This document shows, piece by piece, positions 46,287 through 53,828 of a stretch of 64,000 bases of DNA (positions are counted from its first letter, which is position 1; the number at the start of each line of letters is the position of its first letter). The notes beneath the pieces were generated by a model. That model was not told where the DNA came from. It saw only the letters and a program-made list of their open reading frames with translations, and did no database searches. Source of the DNA: Gemmatimonadales bacterium (lineage in GTDB: Bacteria > Gemmatimonadota > Gemmatimonadetes > Gemmatimonadales > GWC2-71-9); the NCBI GenBank assembly GCA_965250155.1, contig OZ252291.1:708583-772582 (forward strand), given 5' to 3'. The position numbers were made by a program, and so were the translations under genes.

Positions 46287-47080
46287 TATCGCCGTCCTGC
46301 CAGGAACTGAACCATGGCTTCTAGCTGCTGGGCCGACAGTTTCTGCCCGAAGTCAACCGGCATCATGCCTGCAAATTGTTCAAAGCCGTCGGAAATTTCT
46401 GCATTTGGATCGAGAATAGCGCTCCTTATCTGATCCGCCGTGAGCCGGGCGCCAATCCCGTCGAACGACGGCCCGATCGGAATCGAGATTCCGTTGATGC
46501 CGTGGCAACCGATGCACACATTCTGTGTGAGCAGCTGCATTGGATCTGTGGTCGAGCTGAAAGTGGCCGGCACCGCCGCAGCCGCGGCCGGCTCCGCGGA
46601 TTCGCCTCCGCCTGGCTGGATGTCGGCGGCCGTTACCGTAACCTCACCCCCTTGATCCTGGAGATAGGCGATGATGGCCCAGATCTGGTCAGCCGAGAGT
46701 TGTCGCCGAGCATCCGGCATGATAGCGGTGAATCCGTCTACCAGGTACTCGGCCGGCTGAGTGAGCGATTCGTAGAGATATGCTTTGCAATCCATCCCCG
46801 GCTTAGAATCGCCACACCGCTGCCCAATCGTCCCCTGGCCGGCGTGATCCGTGCGGAGATTCGGCGCCCGGGTACCCAACCCATGGCACACCGTGCAGCC
46901 ACCCGCACCGCTGAAGAGCGCCTCACCGGCAGGTACCAGCACCTCAGGAGTGACCCCTGCACTCAGATCCAGCACCTCCGGCACGGCAGATTGCAGTTGC
47001 GGAATGATCTGTGCCACCATCGTGTAAAACCCCAGCACGATGGCGGCGAGCAACAGCACCCTGAGATTCGTCTTCCACAT
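46286..47080 (-). CDS. diheme cytochrome c, N-terminal anchor/signal
   Basis: CTVCHG and CIGCHG, with DQIWAIIAYLQ and QLEAMVQFL helices. The start was taken at MWKTNLRVLLL, 4 nt after the upstream stop. Confidence 0.8.
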   Translation of the reverse strand: MWKTNLRVLLLAAIVLGFYTMVAQIIPQLQSAVPEVLDLSAGVTPEVLVPAGEALFSGAGGCTVCHGLGTRAPNLRTDHAGQGTIGQRCGDSKPGMDCKAYLYESLTQPAEYLVDGFTAIMPDARRQLSADQIWAIIAYLQDQGGEVTVTAADIQPGGGESAEPAAAAAVPATFSSTTDPMQLLTQNVCIGCHGINGISIPIGPSFDGIGARLTADQIRSAILDPNAEISDGFEQFAGMMPVDFGQKLSAQQLEAMVQFLAGRR

Positions 47081-47084
47081 AACG

Positions 47085-48839
47085 CTACTCCACGAGAGTC
47101 GCGGGTTGTGTCTGCCGCGCAAGCGGCGCCGCCTTGGACTCCGATGCGATCCCCTCGGCCAGGCCGCCCAGCCAAAAGATGAACGTGACCAAGCTCAAGA
47201 AGATTACGACACACACGGTTATCATGTTCGCGGCGTACCCCAACGCCGGCGTGACGGCATAGTCGCTGGTGTCGCGCATGACCTCCCACACGTGCCAGTG
47301 CTGCCGAATGCCGCTGCGTGCGAAGCCCATCAACCCCATGAGCCAGGTGAAAGTGATCGCTAGAACGAAGATCGCGTATTGCGACCGCTCGGGCATCTCA
47401 CCCCAGCGAATCTCGCCTTTCGACCCCGCTCCTCGGAGGATGAACACGTCGATCACCGTCACCCCGATGATACACGCGAGCACCGCAACCACCTGTAACG
47501 GGCTGAGTACGGCGACCCGTGTGATGGTCTCGACCCCGAACGACACACCGAAGAGATCGAATTTGTATCCAATGATTCCCAAGAACAGCACGACGCCCCC
47601 GGACAGCACGAACATCGCCCCCTGGATAAGGGTCCCCGTCTTGGCCCAGGGGACCGTAGGAATCCTGTTCGCCCGCCGATACAGCAAGAAGGAAAGGAAA
47701 GTGGTCAGAATCATGAAATTAACGGCGGTGTTCTTCGCGCTCATCAGGCCGAGCACACCGAGGAAGGGATGGCGGCTGCCCCCCATTGCCGCGAATTCGT
47801 CACGCGTAGCGATCAGGGTGTTCGGAGTGCCCCATACTATCCAACAGATGATCAGGACCACCAGCATCCACTTCGTGTAGGGCATGAATCGTTCGGCTCC
47901 GGGTATTCGCCCCATCCCCGTCCACAGGTAGTAATTGGCCGACAGGAACAGTACGCCGATGAGAATGGCTTGGACGATCCACAACCAGCTCATGAAGCCA
48001 CCCATCATCGTAATGCCCAGCTGTTGGTTGTACTCGTAAATCTCCCGTCCCAGGTAATAGCCCGCGAAGGGCAGCACGATAAACATCGAGATGGCGATGA
48101 ACGTCCCCACGTATCCCATCCAATCGTAGTGGGCACGCTCTTCATCGGTCTTGGCCGCCAAGAAACGATACGCCGCGTACGCCGCGACGATCGAGCCACC
48201 GAACACGGCGTTGGCAATCATGCGGTGTATGTTGATCGGCATCCAAGTGGCGTTGGCGATGGCGTTCCACAACCCGACGCCCTCGGGCAGGCCTTGCACG
48301 GTGGTGCCCTCGGGCGGCGACATCATGTAGGTAAGCCATCCATTGGCAATGAACATGACGGCGGTGCCCCACACGTTCAGCAGCAGGCCGAGCCCCCAGT
48401 GCCCCCATTTGGCGCGACCTTCCTTCCACTTGTCCCAGCCGTAGTAATAGAGGTATAGCGTGAACGATTCGATGAAGAACAGGCCGGCATAGATCCACAT
48501 TGACAGATGGAAGATCTCCGCCATGTGGCCCCAGAACGCCGGGTAGAGCGTTGACAGAAGAAACAGCAGCAACCCGCCCCACAGAGCGGTGGCGCTGTAG
48601 GCGAAAACCAACAGCCGCGTGAACTCTTTCGAGAGCTTGTCGTATTTCGAGTCCTTGCCGACGATTCCGATGAACTCGGTGATCACGGCAAACATGGGCA
48701 CGCCGAGTACAAACGCGGCGAACATCAGGTGGATTTCCGCCGCAATCCAAACCGCGCCCCGCGCACCAATGCCCGGGAAGTCGCCGTACTGGCGGGCGCC
48801 ATCCGCGGCTCCCTGGATCAGGCTCAGCGCGTCAATCAT
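47085..48839 (-). CDS. cytochrome bd-like membrane protein (CydA family, no Q-loop, no CydB partner)
   Basis: The N-terminal ~190 aa are collinear with E. coli CydA (EIHLMF, FFIESF, YYYGWDKW, FIANGWLTYMM, NIHRMI). About 13-14 hydrophobic spans. Degenerate GIRQHW stands in place of GRQPW. Confidence 0.75.
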   Translation of the reverse strand: MIDALSLIQGAADGARQYGDFPGIGARGAVWIAAEIHLMFAAFVLGVPMFAVITEFIGIVGKDSKYDKLSKEFTRLLVFAYSATALWGGLLLFLLSTLYPAFWGHMAEIFHLSMWIYAGLFFIESFTLYLYYYGWDKWKEGRAKWGHWGLGLLLNVWGTAVMFIANGWLTYMMSPPEGTTVQGLPEGVGLWNAIANATWMPINIHRMIANAVFGGSIVAAYAAYRFLAAKTDEERAHYDWMGYVGTFIAISMFIVLPFAGYYLGREIYEYNQQLGITMMGGFMSWLWIVQAILIGVLFLSANYYLWTGMGRIPGAERFMPYTKWMLVVLIICWIVWGTPNTLIATRDEFAAMGGSRHPFLGVLGLMSAKNTAVNFMILTTFLSFLLYRRANRIPTVPWAKTGTLIQGAMFVLSGGVVLFLGIIGYKFDLFGVSFGVETITRVAVLSPLQVVAVLACIIGVTVIDVFILRGAGSKGEIRWGEMPERSQYAIFVLAITFTWLMGLMGFARSGIRQHWHVWEVMRDTSDYAVTPALGYAANMITVCVVIFLSLVTFIFWLGGLAEGIASESKAAPLARQTQPATLVE

Positions 48840-50154
48840 CGCGCGAGAAGAAAGGCAGACGTTTCGAGAAATCCACCGGCATATTGCGGCGCACCTCCCG
48901 CATCAGTTCGGCGGTAACCTCGGTGTGCCCCTCGCGCCGCGCGTAATCCTCCAGCCGTTTCACGACCACGCCGCGTACAAACGAGGGGATGCGTTGAATC
49001 CGCGCCTCAGCCTCATCCGACCACTGCAATTTGGCGGTGACCACCGCCCCATAGGTCACGGCGCGCGAGGTGACGAGCGGACGAGTCTCGTCCGGCTCAT
49101 AGGCACAGGAAGAATCTTCCGCCATGTAGTCGCCGCTCGAGCTGTAAGCCCGGGCACGACACCCACCACAAATCGCTCGGTATTCACAGCGACCGCACTT
49201 TCCGCCTAGCGCTCCCCGGCGCAGATCGTGAAACAGCTCCGAGTTGTTCCACACCTCGGCGAACGACGACTCACGGAGATCGCCGGCCGGGAGCGGCATA
49301 TAAGGACACGCCGTGAGCTTGCCGTCTGGTGTTATGCGCCCGTACTGCACGCCGCACGGGCAGCGGGTGGCATAATTGAGAATCGGAGACTCCGGAGCGC
49401 GCTGGTGCACCAGCCGCATGAAATGCGGTGCACACTTGGCTCGCACCATCATTCGCCCCATGTACTCGATATGAAGGTCCACGAGCTCGCCCAACGAATC
49501 CTCGTATTCCTCCGGCGACAACTCCGCCATCTTAGCGCCGCGCCCCGTGGAAACCACGAAATACGCGTTGAACGACACGGCGCCCTTCTCGGCGGACCAC
49601 GCAACCAGTCCAGGCAGCTCGCGACGGTTCCCCTTGGTGAGCGTGGTTTGTATGACGAAATCGAGACCGTGCACTACCAACCTGTCCACTGCAGCCAGCG
49701 TCGCATCGAGCGAACCGTGGCCGTGCCGGAAGCGGTCGTGATACTTCACGTCGAGCGACTCGACACTCACGGCAACACCGGTCACGCCGGCGTCCTGTAA
49801 CGCGGCGATTTTCTCGGAGGTGAGCAAAGTGCCATTGGTGCCTACGACCACTGTAGCTCCACCCTTCGCCGCATGCGAAGCTATCTCCGAGAGATCCTCA
49901 CGCAGCAGGGGCTCGCCGCCCGACAGGATAAACATGGGATTGGGATTGAGGGCGAGAATCTCGTCTGCGATGCGCAGGCACTCGTCGGTAGACAGCTCAT
50001 CGTCGGCGGATTCGGAGGGGCCCGCCGAGATATAGCAGTGCGCACACTGGAGATTACACCGGCGCGTGAGATTCCACGCGACAACATGGGGCAAGTAGTT
50101 GCCCGCTTGGCGATCACCGGCCGGCGCCTCTCCCAACGCCGCGAGTGACGTCAC
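48832..50154 (-). CDS. radical SAM/SPASM enzyme of the NirJ/AhbC/AhbD type with C-terminal PCP_red-like domain
   Basis: VVAWNLTRRCNLQCAHCY, ILSGGEPLLREDL and the SPASM Cys cluster GKCGRCEYRAICGGCRARAY. The C-terminus reads WSDEAEARIQRIPSFVRGVVVKRLEDYARREGHTEVT. Confidence 0.8.
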   Translation of the reverse strand: MTSLAALGEAPAGDRQAGNYLPHVVAWNLTRRCNLQCAHCYISAGPSESADDELSTDECLRIADEILALNPNPMFILSGGEPLLREDLSEIASHAAKGGATVVVGTNGTLLTSEKIAALQDAGVTGVAVSVESLDVKYHDRFRHGHGSLDATLAAVDRLVVHGLDFVIQTTLTKGNRRELPGLVAWSAEKGAVSFNAYFVVSTGRGAKMAELSPEEYEDSLGELVDLHIEYMGRMMVRAKCAPHFMRLVHQRAPESPILNYATRCPCGVQYGRITPDGKLTACPYMPLPAGDLRESSFAEVWNNSELFHDLRRGALGGKCGRCEYRAICGGCRARAYSSSGDYMAEDSSCAYEPDETRPLVTSRAVTYGAVVTAKLQWSDEAEARIQRIPSFVRGVVVKRLEDYARREGHTEVTAELMREVRRNMPVDFSKRLPFFSRDD

Positions 50155-52139
50155 TCGTCTCCTGTTTTCAGCAACTTTTCGACCGCTGCCTTGGCGTCAG
50201 CCACCGACACTGTTTTAAAGTCAACGGGACAGGCCGACGCTTTTTCCTCTATATCCCTTATGGGACACCTGGTGACCCCGGACGCCTTCGCCTCTTCGAT
50301 AAATTGCCGCATCTCCCGCGACAGTCCATCTCCACCCTCGGCTTCCGCACGAATCTGCTTGGCGCGCAGCTCCCGGAACATCCCCATCATTGTCTCCGCA
50401 TCGAACTCGTCCGCCTCGATCATCGCCTGTTTGTTCTCGTCCATGACCGAAGTGGTGACGCGCCACATCTCATGACCACTGGCGAATTTCTCCACCGCAT
50501 TGCGGGCCAGCGGACGGGCGATCAAGGGAACCGTTCTGAGGCGCTCGAAAGCTTCGACGGTCCAGACAGTGGAGTCTGCCACTTTACGTTCGCGCGTCGT
50601 CATGTGACCGGTCATGGGGCACTTTACGTCGACCACGGCCCCCGCGATTTCGCTGTCTGCCTCATTCCCCAGCACCAGCGTTTTGGCCATCTGCTCCTCG
50701 GCCTTGATTTCGGCACGAGCCAGCTCCTCTGCGTCACCGACGCCCATCAGCAACTGCATGTGAGTCGGCAACAACTTCCGGATGGCCTCGTCCAACCATT
50801 TGTTCGTCACCAGGTCGGCGCCGTGCTCAATGGTGTACTCCTCAACCGCGCGGCGCGCTATCCCCTGTGCGAACGGAGGCACGCGCTGAATTCGCACCTC
50901 GGCGTCCGGGGCCCACGGAATTCCCTCTTTGCCGTCCTCTTCGAGCCAGGGAATGTCCTCGGGCCTTACACCGACCGTCCCGGTAACCAGCAGATTGCAC
51001 GGGGCGAGTCGCAGCAGGTTCTCTACCTGAGAGCCCATCTCCGTTCCATCGATCCGGTGTGCGCCGTGTCGCCCCACGATCAACAGGCTTGGTTGAATCT
51101 CCTCGACCCACTGCAGAATGACTTGGAACGGTTTGCCTATGAGAATCTGCGTTTCGAACCGAACATCGGGAAACTCTTTTGCGATCGCCTCAGCACGCTT
51201 GATGTTCGCTTGGCTGAGCTTCAGGAGTCCCTTGTCGATGATGTTGTTGTGAAGCTCCTCCTGCTCTTCGAACTTGAAGACCTTGGACGCCTTCTCGGAG
51301 AGTACATCCTTGATGTTGTTGAAGACGGCGTGATGATATTCGACGTCGAACGCACTGCAAACGTATACCATCGCATCAAAGTCGCGGGCAAGTTCCAGAG
51401 CGACTCTCATCGTCCTGTAGCTGTACGCGGACCCGTCGACGCAAACCATGAACTTGCCGCGACGCAGTGGCTTGTCGTTGCGGATGATGAGCATGTCCTT
51501 TTCAATGCGCCTTGCCGCCCTGGCAACTACACCGCCAATCTGCGAGTACGGCTGGCGGCCGATGCCGTGTGCGCCCATCAATACCAGATCGTATTGCCGC
51601 CCCGACGCGCCGGCGAGTTTGTCAGCCTGATCTTCGTCCTCACCAACTATGCGTCCGTCGGCACCCAGCCGGACGTCAGAACGAACCCGCTCGCCCCCGT
51701 CGTAATTGGCCGCGATGTTCGGATCGAACCCGATCAGGCTGGGTAGTTGACCCGCTCCACGATTAACCTCGTTAACAATTTCCTCGTAGTTGATTCCCTC
51801 GAGGAGTTGTCGCCGCAACGGAACATCCGCAGCCGCGCAGCGCCGCTCCACCTGGTCGAGGAACGAGTCGGAGATGAGTTGCAGGCCCTTCTCGATCAGC
51901 TTGTCGTGGACTTTGCGCTGGCGCTTGATCTCGGCGGGCGTCTGAAATTGTGCTGGAAGGCCTGTCTCGAGCTGGCGGAATCGAACGTCGTGAAGCCGCG
52001 CCGCGTAGACATGGTTGCCGGTGATGCGCCCTTGGGATTTCGAGCACACCTCGATTGCGCGGGCCACGGCCCAATCGGAGCATTGGGAGTTATCAACTGG
52101 AACGAGAACTTCACTGTACATACCCCCGCCCTTCGGCAA
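50151..52139 (-). CDS. tandem universal-stress-protein domains fused to two PCP_red-like domains
   Basis: Usp patterns VLVPVDNS...DLVLMGAHG and FMVCVDGS...SLLIVGRHG. The PCP_red-like copies are at aa 407-455 and 525-570. The C-terminal tail carries CPIRD...ACP. Confidence 0.7.
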   Translation of the reverse strand: MPKGGGMYSEVLVPVDNSQCSDWAVARAIEVCSKSQGRITGNHVYAARLHDVRFRQLETGLPAQFQTPAEIKRQRKVHDKLIEKGLQLISDSFLDQVERRCAAADVPLRRQLLEGINYEEIVNEVNRGAGQLPSLIGFDPNIAANYDGGERVRSDVRLGADGRIVGEDEDQADKLAGASGRQYDLVLMGAHGIGRQPYSQIGGVVARAARRIEKDMLIIRNDKPLRRGKFMVCVDGSAYSYRTMRVALELARDFDAMVYVCSAFDVEYHHAVFNNIKDVLSEKASKVFKFEEQEELHNNIIDKGLLKLSQANIKRAEAIAKEFPDVRFETQILIGKPFQVILQWVEEIQPSLLIVGRHGAHRIDGTEMGSQVENLLRLAPCNLLVTGTVGVRPEDIPWLEEDGKEGIPWAPDAEVRIQRVPPFAQGIARRAVEEYTIEHGADLVTNKWLDEAIRKLLPTHMQLLMGVGDAEELARAEIKAEEQMAKTLVLGNEADSEIAGAVVDVKCPMTGHMTTRERKVADSTVWTVEAFERLRTVPLIARPLARNAVEKFASGHEMWRVTTSVMDENKQAMIEADEFDAETMMGMFRELRAKQIRAEAEGGDGLSREMRQFIEEAKASGVTRCPIRDIEEKASACPVDFKTVSVADAKAAVEKLLKTGDE

Positions 52140-52261
52140 TGTTGGTGGGTTCCACCAAAAACCAGACTTGGAGGCCGCCTCACGGCACTAGATTGACCTG
52201 ACCTGCTCCGCCCGATTTTGCGCGCGATTATATAGCCCTCGGACCATCTGTCAAGACCGTT

Positions 52262-52507
52262 TCACGGCACGAGTTGCTTTCCGTCGCCATCGAAAACCGT
52301 GAGAGCGTCAACCGGACAAATCTCACACGCTCGAAGGAGTCTCTCGCGCTCTACCGACTCGGGATGCTCGCCGAACACGGCGATGTCATCAGCATCCAGC
52401 TGGAACCCCTCCGGCGCCTCGGACACGCAATCTCCGAAGCCAACGCAGAGACCTCGGTCGATTTGGATTCTCAGCCCTGCGATCGTGCGCTCGTCAATCT
52501 CGGACAC
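52262..52507 (-). CDS. single-cluster ferredoxin
   Basis: 81 aa with CVGFGDC ... CEICP (a CxxFxxC...CP pattern, suggesting 3Fe-4S or a 4Fe-4S cluster with a non-Cys ligand). Confidence 0.8.
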   Translation of the reverse strand: MSEIDERTIAGLRIQIDRGLCVGFGDCVSEAPEGFQLDADDIAVFGEHPESVERERLLRACEICPVDALTVFDGDGKQLVP

Positions 52508-52948
52508 CTACATCGCCTCCAGACCCAGATCGGCACGGGCTTCATCCATGACGGCGGGAGTAATCTCGGCAATCCCGTGTTCGGCCGCCCACTCCACATA
52601 AATCTTCTTGACCATCCCCCGAACGAACTTGGGCACCCTGGTCAGCCGTTCCTCGCTTTCGGCGCTCCAACGCACGCCGCCGGGTCCGCCGGGTGCGGCA
52701 TCCTCGAACGCGTCTTCCCGACCGATCATGGAGCGGCGCGTGAGTTCCATGGGCTGCTCGTCCAGCGTCCGCCCTCCAATCTGCACACCGAGGGCCCCCA
52801 CCAACTGCGTTTCCATGGGATTCGCCAACATCGCTACCTTGTACCCGCACTTCGGACAGCTAAACGATGCGCCAAATGTTCCGTCGCCGGGTTCTTGCCT
52901 CTCCTCGAACGTCATCTGCTCGTCGCAACCGACGCATAGGAACTTCAT
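52508..52948 (-). CDS. zinc-ribbon + PCP_red-like domain protein
   Basis: CVGC...CPKC at the N-terminus. The C-terminus reads VRWSAESEERLTRVPKFVRGMVKKIYVEWAAEHGIAEIT. It abuts the ferredoxin start. Confidence 0.6.
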   Translation of the reverse strand: MKFLCVGCDEQMTFEERQEPGDGTFGASFSCPKCGYKVAMLANPMETQLVGALGVQIGGRTLDEQPMELTRRSMIGREDAFEDAAPGGPGGVRWSAESEERLTRVPKFVRGMVKKIYVEWAAEHGIAEITPAVMDEARADLGLEAM

Positions 52949-52985
52949 GCCAACGCTCCCAAAAACGGTGATCGAAGGGACAACA

Positions 52986-53828
52986 TTACCGGACGCACCC
53001 CCAAAAGGCGTCTACCAGGCCGGGCGTATCACAGCTCGCCGGCCCGGCGCCCGGCGTGAACGGAACGCGCGCCAGCAGGGGCACGCCAAACTCCTCAGAC
53101 AGGTCGTTGCCCGCCGTTCCATCGAACAACGCACGCAGCGCACCACACTCATCACATCGATAACTGCTCATGTTTTCCACGATCCCGAGGAGGGGTATGC
53201 CGGCTTCCGACGCCGAGCACATGGTTCGAGCGACCGATCTACGAGACTCCTCGCTGGGGATCGTGACGACGAGGGCACCGGTCAGGTTGGGAACCATCTG
53301 CTTGAGATCCACACCGCCGTCCGCACCGGGAGGCAGGTCGACCAGCAGCAGGTCAAGGGCTCCCCACACCACGTCGCTCAGGAACTCTCTCAGCGTACCG
53401 GTCTCCAGCACACCCCGCCACACAAAGCGCTCGGTGGTCGGCTCACGCCAACGCAGCGGTTGGCTTTCCTCCAGGAGCAAGTCCGTCGACACCACACGAA
53501 CGCCGACCGTACCTATGGCTGGTTCGATGCCGTCTTCGGTGACGCGCAAGGGGCCGCTCACCGCCAGAAGTCTCGCCACGGTGGGGCTGCGCAGGTCGGC
53601 GTCCAGAACACCCACTCCCTGTTCGAGACGTGAGGCCAGGCCGGCTGCCAGAGTCGCCGTCAGATGGCTCTTGCCGACGCCGCCCTTGCCGCTCATCACG
53701 GCCACAACCTGTCGCACGGATGCCAGTCGACGACCCACTCTCTCACGCTGGGCTACCACCTGCGCGTACAACTGCGACCGATCTTCGCCCCCGACGTCGT
53801 GATAGGTGCGGAAACTCATAGATCCCAT
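52986..53828 (-). CDS. Mrp/NBP35 (ApbC)-family Fe-S cluster carrier ATPase
   Basis: Deviant Walker A SGKGGVGKS, LLLVDLPPG and ENMSSYRCDECG (CxxC). Confidence 0.85.
   Translation of the reverse strand: MGSMSFRTYHDVGGEDRSQLYAQVVAQRERVGRRLASVRQVVAVMSGKGGVGKSHLTATLAAGLASRLEQGVGVLDADLRSPTVARLLAVSGPLRVTEDGIEPAIGTVGVRVVSTDLLLEESQPLRWREPTTERFVWRGVLETGTLREFLSDVVWGALDLLLVDLPPGADGGVDLKQMVPNLTGALVVTIPSEESRRSVARTMCSASEAGIPLLGIVENMSSYRCDECGALRALFDGTAGNDLSEEFGVPLLARVPFTPGAGPASCDTPGLVDAFWGCVR

Noticed and set aside
50145-51746. 533-aa plus-strand ORF, the longest unassigned ORF in the track
   Set aside because: It lies exactly antisense to the well-supported Usp/PCP_red gene. It is Arg/His/Pro/Leu-rich with no recognisable motifs, so it is a typical high-GC shadow ORF.
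52608-53633. 341-aa plus-strand ORF
   Set aside because: It is antisense to the Mrp/NBP35 and Zn-ribbon genes. Its low-complexity Ser/Arg/Pro/Thr composition argues against coding.
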